From Balanoglossus misakiensis (lineage: Eukaryota > Animalia > Hemichordata), in NCBI GenBank assembly GCA_040954595.2, contig CM082587.2, positions 8,685,403-8,749,402 of the forward strand: DNA of 64,000 nucleotides, given 5' to 3'. A program made the translations under genes and the position numbers. Positions 21,001 through 34,000 of this stretch are shown here, in pieces. The notes beneath the pieces are model-generated. The model worked only from the letters and a program-made list of their open reading frames with translations, was not told the origin of the DNA and did no database searches. Every line of letters begins with the position of its first letter. The first letter of the stretch is position 1.

Positions 21001-24000
21001 AATATATTGATGCTGATCACTGCTAGACTTCACAGGGTGCTGAGTGTAATTACATGAAGTACAAAATCAACTACATTGTACAGATGATCACTTGGCACAA
21101 ATTCCATTTATGCTTTGTTGTTTTCTTTGCATGGGATGTTCTGCTTTTAGTAATCATCCAGTATTTGGGGGATACATGTAGATTTCACTTCATCCATGCA
21201 TGTGCCAGGATACAGAATTCAGACATTCCGGAATCGGATCAGTATTGCCATGACTTAACTGTTTTGATTCATTCCAAGATATCATCTGATGTGACCTTCC
21301 CAATGGATTTCTTTCAAACTTGGTACCGGTGCATGGCAGTGGTGCCTTGCAAATTTAGCGTGTACATTCACGTACATTTCCCATCAATGACGAAATTGGT
21401 ATAAATCTTATCATACTACTGCTATGGGTTTGAGAACTTGTTGCAAGATTTACAATAATACCACTTGCATGTTTATAAAATGTTTCAGACCCCAAACAGA
21501 CACTGCGTGCATGATTCTTTCTAGTTATCATTGATAGCATCTCTCTGATTTTCACTGCAATTTACAACTACAGTAAAACTCCAATTATCCGAACTGTTTG
21601 GTTATCCGAACTGCTGTCATGTCCCCCAAACAGTTCTATTGTATACAATTGTTATCCGAATAACCGAACTGTCTGCATATCCGAACAAAATCAATGTCCC
21701 CCTGTCAGTTCGGATAATTGGAGTTTTACTGTACACAGTACCACTACTGTAGTAAATTTTGGAACAACTTAATCAATTACAGTAATGAGAATTTAATTGT
21801 ATGTAGTGGCCTTAGAATAGGTGTAAGTACATGTACTACCATTTCACATACCGGACCATTGGGACTGTGTCATCTATGATAGTATGGTGACCTCTTCCTT
21901 CTCTGAGAGACCCTCTACAACTATTGGTGTTTTGAAGATGAGATTTCACATAAAGAATGAGACAGAGAGCTCGTTGATGCATTCAGTATAATTACTAAGT
22001 TGAATTCTGAATGGTTTTGTGGAGAGGAATCTTGTTTCAATAATTTTTTTTTATATAATCTGAAATTAGAACATCTATAATCTTTTACAGAAATTTAAGT
22101 CACAATGAAATAGAAGAGATTGGTGCTAGTTTCAACACTCTTCCTCATCTGCAAACCCTGTAAGTACTTGACAGGTTATGCACTTTTCACACAAATTGGG
22201 TACTGATAGTGATAATTGAGGTGAGAAGTGCTCACCCCCCCCCCCCAAGTTTGATTTTTGTGTTTGACAAGCAGAGTGTCCATACAGTTCGTAGGTTGTA
22301 CTGATGTGTACTGTTTATCTTCTTGTATTTCAGACAACTCAATGACAATCAAATATCAAGCATTGGACAACTGCAGTTTCAAATGTTGTCATCATTGGTA
22401 TCCTTGTGAGTATGACATGCATGAAATCTTATCAAACCAGTGATATTTTTTTTTCTGAGCAAAATACTCATTTCTTTGTAAGACATTGGTAAAGATTTGA
22501 ACAGAAGTATTACTGGTTGCATGATTTATGCCTTGCTGATGAACAATCTGTCTCAAATCAGTCCTCAAACATTCATTACAAGACATTGCTAGTCTTGAAG
22601 ACATCTTGTACACATGATAATGCAAATAATATTTGACATTAAGAACAGCATTTTTTATTCACAAATTACATGTAAGTGTACAACAACTATACAATTCTGA
22701 TGCAATGTTAGGTTACTACCTGTACAGTGTAAACAAATTTCATTGTATTTCAATTAATGTCTAATGTATTTCGTAGGGATCTGAAGAACAATGCTTTGAA
22801 GACATTAGAGGTTGGTGTATTCAATGGTTTGACAAACCTCACAACTCTGTAAGTATTTTTAAAGGTTGTAAATGGTCTGGTCTTAAAGATGTAGTATGCA
22901 CAGAACATAAACTGTTAAACTAGGATTACATTGAGATTATATTGAGAACAGCTAGAAAACTCACTTCTACTATTGTCATTTTCATGAAATTTTACACATA
23001 GCTCAGTCAAGCCGTTAAGTATTTGATAAAATTGAAGCATTTATTTGTAAATAATGCATACAAATGTTATTTTTTTACAACTAGGAATCTTGCAAGTAAT
23101 GAAATCCATACAATAGATGCGGGAGTCTTTGAAGATCAAGGAAAGTTGAAAACATTGTAAGTCAACTCTGTGCAGCAGAGATAAGGAACAAGAATTTAGA
23201 ATATTGGATAACGCTTGTTTCCTTTTCTCCCATACTGGATTCAAAACGTTGTACTGGTAGTTATAATAACACATGCTAGAGAAGGCAATATCATGATTTT
23301 GAGCCTACACAAGTGATGGTGATCTCTGACAATAATATTGATGTGGCTTGGGTATCATCAATATTATGGTCAGAGAGCACCAGCTACAAAGCATCCGAAC
23401 AAATGTAAATATACCAATCGAACCCGCGGGATTACCAAGTTATCTCTTAAAGACTTTAGACATTGTCTCGAGACTACTTAAAGGTATACGGTCACCTATA
23501 GCTACAGTTACCATGGCAAATTGAGATCTAGCCAATCACATATTTTCAGTGATGGCACACGCGAAAAAAAGAGCGCCACCATATGTTCTGTACAACACTC
23601 AAATATGCCTTTTCTGACATATATGGTCGTATGTTAATTGGAGGTGACCGTATACCTTTAATGCACACACTTTTATTCGTGATACATGTGTAACTTGGAT
23701 TAATGAGGCAACATATTTATGTATCTCAAGATCAAATGACCAGTGACAGTACCACTAATGCAGGGTAGAATAAACTACCCCTACTTTGTTGTTCTTTTCA
23801 AAATAATTTCACGCTAGCCTGAGTGTAACAAACCAAATGGATATTCATTTGAACAAATTTCTTACTCTGGGTATCTTTATTGATCAACTGATATTTTGGT
23901 GGCTTTCTTCCAGATTCCTTGATAGCAACAACATCAGTTACTTCTCAGAAAACCAGTTGCAGGGATTAAACTCACTCGTAGATTTGTCCATGGAAGACAA

Positions 24001-26045
24001 TCAAATAGAAACCTTATCAAGCCAAATGCAAACATTTACTTCTATCAAAATGATGTAAGTAATAATCTTGCTTCAAGTGTTGCAAATATTTTCTGTTTAT
24101 GGATTGTTTTGAATGAAATTACCGGTGTAGGCTGACTGCTTCAATTTATGGATCAAAATGTTTGCCAGAAGAGATGCTTAGATGTTATCTCAGATTTTTT
24201 TTTCTGCAGATGTTCATGAATGTTTTGTTATGCAATGTCCGTTTTAGTAAATACAATCTTAGTCAAAAACCCTTTAAAAAAATTGACAGCTCAAAAACAA
24301 AAACAAGATATGAAAAGTTGTAATGGCTTTTGGTGATGCACCAACCTGAAAGTTTGAAAAGCTTTCCCACAAAGTGCAATCATGAATTCTATCTGTGGAA
24401 CATCCACAAACAGATTATAGCTTACATAAATTTAAAACAGAAATCTTGCTGTATCTTTGAAGATCACAGGAGAAACAGATTTTTAACAGGCTTTGTTAAT
24501 TGATTACATATGACCTTTGACATGCTAATTCTCTTGACCTTGATTTTCAGCAGAATCTACAGATTTTGCGTGTTAGTCACTGAATGTCAATCAGAAAAAA
24601 ACACTCTTTTTAAAAAGGAGCTGTTCCCCATCATGATAATGCATTCATGGTGGTTTTGATAATTTCTTGTTTTGTCTAACGATGAATGTTAATCGCCTTA
24701 GAGTTGGTAGGAGTAACTCATTCATTGTGAACAGTGGTAACTGAATGATGTCTGCAGTTAGTTTGTGACTACCCCCTTTCCCCAGAAGAAAACTACAACA
24801 ACAACAACAACAACAAACAAACAAACTGAACACACTTTGCTTTGACTGACAGTAATTTGAAGAACAACCCCTTGGTTTGTGACAAGCAGATGGCATGGAT
24901 AGCTGACTGGAGGAAAGATCATTCCATACAAGGCACATGTGCAGAACCTGAAAAGTTGAAAAACAAGACACTGAGTAATGTTACAGAGGTGGAATTTATT
25001 GGCCATACAGGTCAAGTTGAAGGTGAGTGTTTAGGGGTTCAAATTAATTAAAGGGACAAAGTCTCTCTCTCGCTGCCCTTTTTCCATTAATTATGTTTGA
25101 TACAAGACACCATTTATATTATTCTACATGTGGATATAAAGTGAATCAACGTTCAACCACACACAACTTCCATCCCATTTGTAGACACGGGAGTGAAAAA
25201 CTCTCCAAAATGAATAATCGGTGTTTACCATTTATTCATTCAAGTAAATTTGACAGTGGCTTACATAATGTGGTTCTAAGTGTTAAGTGATTTTTGTCCA
25301 TCAGTACTGAAATAAATATATCATATTTCAAATGCACCAACCTTCTTTAGTCTCACGATTTTGACTTTCAACAAACTGCTGGGCATCACTGGCTCAGTTT
25401 TCATGAAAAACCCAGCAGAAATGCTACCCCATTTGGCCTAGAATAACGCATACATCCTTAGTTTGTATTGAAACTGTAGATATCGTTGAAACAATACCAC
25501 CACAGTGAAATTTCATTGCAATCCTGCCTATTATTATTCCGATTATTATCATTATATATTTCTTCATTTATCAACTTCTCTTAGTAGGTAATGTGACGGT
25601 TAATATGACATTTACAACGGCAGAACCAACATATGTCACAGATATCACAAAGAAGAGTGGTGTTGGTGAGTTTTGCTTTCTGTTTCTCTAATACAACATA
25701 TTTTAGCTCACATGATCACCCTTGTGTCATATTCTGTCTGGATATGTGTGTGTCGGACAACATGGTTTAAACAAAAAAAATCATCATTGTCGTCATTACT
25801 TCTACTACTGTTCTACTTTTATTTCAGAAATGTGGGTGATCATTGTGATCATAGTGATTCTTGCAGTTGTCATCATATCATTTGTAGCATGTGCAGTGTT
25901 GACAGTGATGAAACGGCGACAACAGAAATCCAAACCAGACCCCAGCAAACAAACTCGTATTTTCTACAACCATAAATATGATTCAGTCAAACAAAGTGGA
26001 CAACGATCAAAGGACATCTATGCTGATTTAACAACGGAATTGTGA
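18075..26045 (+). CDS. Single-pass leucine-rich-repeat membrane protein, ~361 aa (signal peptide, LRRNT, ~7 LRR, LRRCT, Thr-rich stalk, TM, short tail)
   Basis: Exons 18075-18268, 19849-19920, 22091-22159, 22334-22405, 22777-22848, 23914-24054, 24853-25022, 25588-25665, 25828-26045. The 69-72 nt phase-2 exons are typical LRR units (LNLQHNMIKTL, NLSHNEIEEI, QLNDNQISSI, LDLKNNALKTL). LRRNT is CP...CRC....VDCS, LRRCT is NPLVCD..MAW...C..P..L, and the TM is WVIIVIIVILAVVIISFVACAVLTVM. Confidence 0.85.
20710..21000. mobile_element. Interspersed repeat with an inverted copy at ~63733-63920
   Basis: GCACTTGGCAGTCTAACAGGCCTGGGAGCCAGGATTCT is the reverse complement of AGAATCCTGGCTCCCAGGCCTGTTAGACTGCCAAGTGC at ~63778. 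Confidence 0.8.
21571..21731. mobile_element. Tc1/mariner-type MITE with perfect 26-bp TIRs
   Basis: TA|CAGTAAAACTCCAATTATCCGAACTG ... CAGTTCGGATAATTGGAGTTTTACTG|TA, with internal repeats of ATCCGAAC. Confidence 0.88.
23478..23661. mobile_element. ~185 bp MITE with TTAAAGGTATACGGTCACCT TIRs
   Basis: Right end is AGGTGACCGTATACCTTTAA. Related copies at ~42688-42881 and ~50217-50420. Confidence 0.85.
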
Positions 26046-29000
26046 AGATTCTCTATTGTCTGTCATCAAATATTTCAGTATTTGGATGTCATCATTGTCA
26101 CGATGAGTAGTCTAGGCTGTTAGACTCTCTCTCAGCCCCTCTCGCCTGCCCCCTATACAGATTTATTGCCTGATTGAATGTGCGCCCTCAACGACCAAGC
26201 AAAGCTCGGCCTGCGAGTTGGCCAAGTCATCCAGAGGGGTTTGCTACTCAACACCATATGGTGCTGCTCCTTTGCTAAACGGTTGAGGGCGCATCAGAGT
26301 GCAACATGTAAAGAACTTGGCAGTTGACTGTGGGCTGTGAGAAAGTCTATCTAGTCTGTGTCAATCATTTGATAATATGTAAACCTACCTATGCCAGTGG
26401 AATGCACTGAAGGTCTCAGTCAGTGTTATGTTGTAACGAGACTTTAACTGTATAATTTGTCAGGTTCCAATGCGGTTGTGTATTCATTGGACTTACATCA
26501 GTTGACTGTGTTGACATTCAGTACTTGTGATGGATTTGTACAACATCTCATACATGCATCTCATTCAAATCAGCAACATACGTGCATTGAAGGTCATCCC
26601 ATATCATTAAATTATTATATTTCTGACATATTTCATATCATGATATAAACCATCATATTGTATCATCTGTTACATCACACTGTATCATATCATCTCATGA
26701 CATCGCATCACATCACATCACACTATCTCATCGCGTCGCATCACACCATATATCATAGCATCACATCATTACATTACATTAATGTCATATCACAGTACAG
26801 AGCTAGACGTTGAGGAAGTCCTCTTGTGTGGATAGAAATCTTCACTGTTGACATACTCAGGTTTTTTCCCCCAAACTCTCATAACCTGGACCTGAATTTG
26901 CTGCAAAGCAAACAATGTGTGGTTTAAGTAGAATTATCTCAAGTCAGTCAGTCATTTCATTCAAAAGATCATAATTCATTTACCATGTTTTCTAATCATA
27001 ATCTATGCATGATATAAAGTTGAGCATGACATATGCTTTTCAGTGTCACTCATTTTGAACAGACACTCCTTGGCTACTTCTCTTCACAGCTGTGTTCATC
27101 TTTTCCATGTTTCATAATGGCTGATCACATTTTTAATCAGCTACTCATTTTTAATTTTGACAGTTTTTGAATGTCATTTAGTCAAGGTAACATAATTTTT
27201 CCATGAGAGTATTAGTTTAATTAGTATCACCAGTTGCAATTGTTTTAAATCTGTTTCATAAGTTAATTAATTCCTACATTGTACTATCCACAACTCAATA
27301 CAAGGAGGTTGTCTTGTTTAGTTGAATAAGCTGAAAAATCAAAGAAAGTATTAAAATACCAAAATTAACATTTAATTTTAATTCTTTAAAGCTTATTCAT
27401 AGCTATGATCAGTGGCAATCAGACGGAAAATACTTCATCGCATACTTTTGTAAGAAATCATTTTGTAAAAGTGGAAAAAATATACCTGGAAACAAAAAAA
27501 GTATTTAGTTTCAAAAATGAAGAAAATGTTGCTATTTGTTGGATATATAGTGTAGAAACTATGTCCAGTTGGGCGCCAAATTGGAATGAATATGGCAAAG
27601 CGTATTTTTGTCTTGACCTAAGAAGATTCTTAAAATCTCAGCTTGTCAATGCAAATGTGTAATAGAACTTTCATTTTCAAAGATTGTAGTGATCATTTCA
27701 ACATTATCACCTTGATAGGTCAGCAACTTCATTAAGAATGATTACTTGATGTCACAGTTCTTATGATATGGCAGTCATAATTTCTACATGGCGGATGAAC
27801 TTCAAGATTTCAAATATTACTAGATTAGCACATACAAGTGAATAGCACTCAGATCAGAAAATACTGATGATTAAAATTTACCGATTAATTCGAAGGAATG
27901 TAGTGGACGAGAAGATCAACTTCTGATTTCAGGGATACTTTGGAAATCATATCATTTCAGTGGTGGAATTCTCTCAATGGACTTTTCTAGTACTTAACTG
28001 GGAAACGTTGTGTAGGAATAGGATGATGTCCCAGCAAGATGTATTATAGTAGTGTGTATAAAAACAAACGTGTGTGGGTGTGTAGCGTTTCCACATCTGA
28101 TGCAAAGTTTGGTGCTGTTCTGGTCATGACATTGTGCTGATGTACTGGTATTTCACAGTCTGTCATTTCGTGGATTTTTTAAATATGACTATGTTTATGG
28201 CGTCAAATGAACTGAGGCAGCTGGCCCCGGTATTCTTAGATAAGGTTTATAGAAAAGGTTTTGACAGTGTTGATATTATGGTTTTTACTCAATCTTGATG
28301 TTATGAAGAAAACATTGAAAAAACTAGATATTATATTTTAAAACTTACCAACCGAGTAATTCCAGTTTAATACCAGCGTATTCAGTCTGTATTAGCTGGT
28401 CAGTGTAAGCAAGAAATAGCCATCATTCTATAATTAAGATTTGGAGCAATTTTCAAGAATGTGTGTTTCAGTAAAATATTTCTACATATTATGTGTCGAA
28501 CATTACCTGTACCTTGGAGATGGACTTTCTACAGACTTTTTCATTTTCTGAAAGATTTGGATTTGAGTTTACATATTATTCTCTTTCTGTAAAAATTGTG
28601 GTCAGTGTCTTGTACAATAATGCATCGGTGGAATTTCCAGAGAAGCTGGAATTATGGTAGCTCAAACATGTACTTGTAAATTTGGAGTTTTTTAGTCAAG
28701 CAGTAGAACAATGAGTCATGCACATTTAAGAGATGCTTACTTCACACAAAAATGATAAACGTAAAATTACAAACCTCCAGATCCTGCACAGTATGTAACA
28801 AAAAATAAGAATACCAAGTTAATTGACATGGTTTGGCGGCCATTTTGAAATTATAATATTGGCGGCCATTTTGAATTCTAATATTGATCAATTTTGAGTA
28901 ATTTGGTTCACAAATCTAAATTTTCCACTTGATCTCTCATTTGTATTTTTTGATATCAAGGATAATGGTTTAAATTGTACTTGAGTAAATCATTACTAGA

Positions 29001-30750
29001 AAACATTAATAGTTTGACTTTGATGGTGTGTTCTAACTTCAATGTAGCTAGGATTTTAAGGCTTATTTACACAAATGTATCAGACTGAATACTCAGCCAT
29101 ATGAGGGCGCTTCATGTTTTCAAGCCAAGATGTTTAGTGGTTGGAAAACAGGGAGCCCACTTAACAGATTTAACTTATCAGATTCGCTACTATACTTAGT
29201 AGTCAAGGTTGTGGAACAACAATATGTCAAGTTTGATTTTTTCATGTATTTTTGTGATGATTTCCAAATTGGAAATGTATGAGGTTAATGATAGACATGA
29301 GGAAGCACAACTCAGCAATTATATAATTATGTATTGTAAATAGCAATTTTAATTTAATGGTCAAAAATCATTGCAAAGACTGACCATAAATGTTACAGTT
29401 ATCTTTAGTTTGTATTTGAAAAATGCATTTAAAGCTAGATTCCTCAATATTTAACAGTGTGTCAATTTATAACCTGAATTTGAGGTAAGCATTAAATTCT
29501 AACTCATGAATAGACATGAAAACTATCGTAAAACAGTGCAGCAATTTTTTTAAAATGCAGTTATCTTTTGAATAAAATGTTTTACCGTACGTAATTTGGT
29601 AATAACATATATAAATGTAGAGATAGAAATGTTAGATATGTATTTTGTGTTGGTGGTACTGTTGCTTAGCAATGACATATTCAGTTGATTCACAGTGTAT
29701 CATGGGTAATTTATGACTTTGCATAAGTGCACATTTTCAACCTGAAATCTTGTCATTTCAATAATACTGAAAATAAAAAATATTTCAATCCAAAAATAAT
29801 TATAAAGATCATGTCATGCAACTGATGATATGAAAACACAAACGATTGTAACCCAGTAGGTGTTACATGTAGTTTTCTAAAATATTGAAGTGTTTTGTCA
29901 TCAGTAGGTTATCAATTCTGTGGTGCTGCTTTCAATTAAAAAAAATCTTTTCAATTGAATTTTCCAAAGAAATTCACACTAAAATGTGAGGATATTCAGT
30001 AAAATGCTTGTGAGAATGCTTAGTAAAATGCTCAGATGAAAAATGTAGGAATCTACCACTTTTGTGTTGTAGAGTTTATTTTACTTTAACCCAACAACTG
30101 TATAATTTTGAATATTTGGATTTTGATTGTTCATAGTGATGTTTGCTGCTGTATAGGTATAACTATAGCCAATCAAAGCATTTATAATGTATTTTTTTTT
30201 GCTAAGGAAAGAATAAGTTGTAATATTGATTCAGTTTGTACAGTTTAGTTCATTAGTGTCGATATTTTTATGGCTTTGACCCCAAGAACAGTGATGTTAA
30301 GACCACTGCCCCTCTGTGAAAAGCTGATACCACTCATACCATGTAGAGCTAACCTCACTGCCCCTTCATGGAGTGCTAAGGGGAGAACCATTTGATTTCT
30401 GCAGGGGGGGTGGGTTGGCGATTTGGGTATATCAGCCATTGTTACAGCAATTTTTTTTTCCAAATTCCCATTCCCCCCCCCCCTAAAAATTTAATGGTTT
30501 TCCCCTAACACCATGCACTCTCCCTCCATGGAGAGACAAGTTCTCATATGAGTTTCCTCCCATGAAGGGACTGATCAAACTAATAAACAGAACACCGGTC
30601 AGCAGATTTATTGATGGTTCCAAGATCATGCAGACATTTTATGTTACATTTTTAGGCAGTCAAAATATGAACTGAATGAATATCCTATGGTTTTAGGTGT
30701 CTGTGTACAGACCATAGTGCATATTGTTCTTAAAGGTCAAAGGCCAAACT

Positions 30751-31052
30751 TAAAGGGACAAACAAAGTCACTCTCTCGCTGCCCTTTTTCCATTAATCAA
30801 TGTTCGACCACACACAACTTCAATCCCGTCTGTAGGATATGAGAGTAAAAATATCGCCAAAATGAATAAATGGTAAACACTGATTATTCATTTTGCCGAG
30901 TTTTTCACTCTCGTGTCTACAAGTTGGATGAAAGTTGTGTGTGGTCGAAGGTTGATTCAATACATATCCATGTGTAGAATAACACAAACAGTGTCTTGTA
31001 TCAAACATAATTAATGGAAAATGGGCAGCGAGAGAGAGACTTTGTCTCTTTT
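30751..31052. mobile_element. AAAGGGACAAAG-TIR MITE copy
   Basis: Both ends are present and the body matches the 8126-8448 family. Confidence 0.82.
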
Positions 31053-34000
31053 AGCCTAGTTATGCCACAGACACATTTCAACATGAAATGCAAGTTATTG
31101 ACTCTTGCTGTATTTTTATATGTATATTGAGTTTTTTTAGTTGTAAAATGTTAGTTGTCTGAGCGAATGTATCATATTTAAAGTATTCTGCATACTACCA
31201 GGTAGTATTCTAAGATTTAGGTGCAATTTGATTTAATTCAAGAGTAGGAATGTAATATAAAAGTGTAATTTACTAAGTGTAAAAATGCTGATGTTTTATT
31301 TGGCTTTTTTTAAGTACCACTGTTGAGCACATTTTATAGACAATCATGCTAGATGCAATGTAATACTATTGTTGGCAAAATACTAGTAACCCTGTATCAA
31401 TTCATAAAATTTGCTGACTTTTCTTGAGTGGCAAAGATTTAAATACAGCCAAAGAAATCTTTTCGAAATCAAATATGTTGTAGTCTCTAACAGCTAAGTG
31501 TGGTCACCTCTTAACCCTTTCCACCCAGTTCCCTCTTTAGGTTAGGAATCAATTCCATTTCAAGTTTGAGGATTTTCAGCAGGTTTCCAAGGTTTGCCTA
31601 TGGTGGTACCTCCATATCCATGATGTACCCCCCCCCTAAGAGAAATTTATCTCTGCTCTGCCCATTCTGAGGTTTTGGTAAAAGCCCAGAAACAGACTGG
31701 AAAACCTGCAGCTTGAAACTGAATTCTTACTTTTTAGAGGGATGTACTGTTTTCAAAAATACCTGTACGTTCTTCATATTTGATTTGTACATGCCTCCCT
31801 CTTCAGCTCAGCTGTCAGCAATGTCAAACTTTAATCAGAAAGGTGATTGTCATTTTTTTGTCCATTGTGTATCAACAATTGACTTCTCAGAAAACACTGG
31901 TCATACAACATTGATATTCAGTATACAAGTGACTAGGGATATATTGTTTGGGGCAGTTTTTGTCATTTTTGGTCAAACTCTATGACACTGGTGGTCTGAC
32001 TGCTTTTAAATTTGGCATGCATGTCTCCAGGGGTTTACCTAGTCAGGTTTGTTAAAAGTGTTCAACAAAGCTCTTTCGCCAACTTGGTCTCTTGTTACTA
32101 TGCCAACAGCTTGCTATGAACTGACATTTATGAATTGTGTGGCTCAGTATTTTTGGGGGGTGAATTTTCTTGTTTAGTGGACAACACTATGTAGACACCC
32201 TTCAAAAATTCATGGTGGTGGCAAGAACTCTGAGCCTATACAGAACTCCAGAATTCTATCAGTATTTCCTCTGCAGAACTGGACAAGGGGATATTGATAT
32301 CGTATGATCACAGTAAAATAGTCAAAGCCCTTACAATTCCTCAACTCAAATGGTCACCTTACTTTTTTTTCTATGATATGATATTCCTAGCCAAGAGATC
32401 CTTCAAACAACAAACTGATATTGTTGATCAAAAATAAAGATAATGTTGCTTGATTTAGAAAGTTATTTTTGTTGAGAAATGTTTCATTTATGTGTTGCAA
32501 GTTTGGCAGCTGCACTTCTAGTTACTGTTTTTGTAGTGATTCCAACAATCTGTGTTTGAGAAAGCTTACTCTAAAATTCCCACCAACAACTCTGGCTTCT
32601 TGTAGGAAACACTTTGTCTTCAGTTGTATGACTTTAATTATTTTAATTTCTTTTCATTTTATGACAGTATGAGTGGATTTTGCTTGGAGAGGGGATTTAA
32701 GCTACTGGTAGTTTTAAAAGTTTGAACTGTTTTGTATTTTTCCAAAGATGGGACCAGTTATGTATCACTTTAATATGTTGCAATTTTTTTTTCATAATGC
32801 AAGTAACCGCCAAAATCATTGTTAGTAATGAGAGGAGAGAACAGGATTAGGGCCAGGGCGGAAATATTGTTCAGTGGATTTTTTAGTATGGCATCAGAAG
32901 CAGTGAACAAATTTCTTATTCATTTTGTTGACCAGTGAAATTCCACAGAATTTCAAGTTATTGAACGAAATTTGAAGCATCCTCAAAAATACTGTTTACT
33001 GCAGCTTTTACTCACTTGATACTGAAAAAAATCCAAGAAAAACAGAAACATCATTCAAACATTTAATTTAAAGAGAGACCAAAGAGCAGCATCACTAATA
33101 AAACTGACACAAAATACAATTGAAATAAAAATTGCAATTGTCGGAAAAAAAGTAGAAGCTGCAATATCATGAAAAAACACTTTTTTCTCCCTGGCCCTGG
33201 CATAGAACAATGCAAAAACTGTGTTATGATGGTTGATATTGTGAGATCATTAAACGCAAAATCACTCCCGTCACACACTGTACGGAACCGACTCGTTATT
33301 TATTGTACTTTACGAAAGAAATCAATGTTGAGTGTTAATCTAGAATGAGTCTTTGTAAATTTTGTATAATTGAAAGTTTTTTTTATTGTAATTATGACCA
33401 TTTCGTATAGCCTGACTGCTACTTCATAATTATACTAGTATACTGGTACGGTGAGGACTGTTTGGTTATTAACCGCCACTGACCAGACAGGACTGTAATG
33501 TTTGGTGGGTCTGAAATAAAATAAATGTCAAATTCTTTCAGTTGTAATTCTCTTCAATGCTTTCTTAAGTGGTCCCCATGGACACAGGGACTTACTTATG
33601 TCTGTCTGTGTTTATGTCTGTCTGTCTCTGTAACAGCTGGTATTGTTTCGAGTGGCAAGAATTAATATTATTATTGAGTGTGTTTGCACAAGAATGATCA
33701 AAAATCCTTTTTTTTCTGATGAGTGGTCCGTAAAGAGCCTAGTGGAATTGCTGCACCAAGATTATAGCTCATTTCACAATTTTCATGAGCTATATAACCA
33801 ATGAAATTATGACAGTAACATATCCCCTCATTTGATCATAGGTGTATAATGCATTCTGGTTGTGAAAAAAATCATAATTTTGTAGTGGTAAGTATAAGTA
33901 TGCATTCCTGGGACTCTTAAAACCAACTTTAAAATTCTGAAATAAACACTTTTCACAAAAATTTTATGATCTTACTTTTAAATTTAGCTGCAGAGGAAGT

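Noticed and set aside
18075-26045. Toll-like receptor or VLR assignment for the LRR gene
   Set aside because: There is no TIR domain, the gene is multi-exon with a TM and cytoplasmic tail, and no flanking LRR cassette array was seen.
25093-31008. Similar short ORFs (MFDTRH..STTHNFHPT..) at 25093, 30820, 16603 and the end of the 6376 ORF that look like a peptide family
   Set aside because: All derive from the same non-coding AAAGGGACAAAG MITE.
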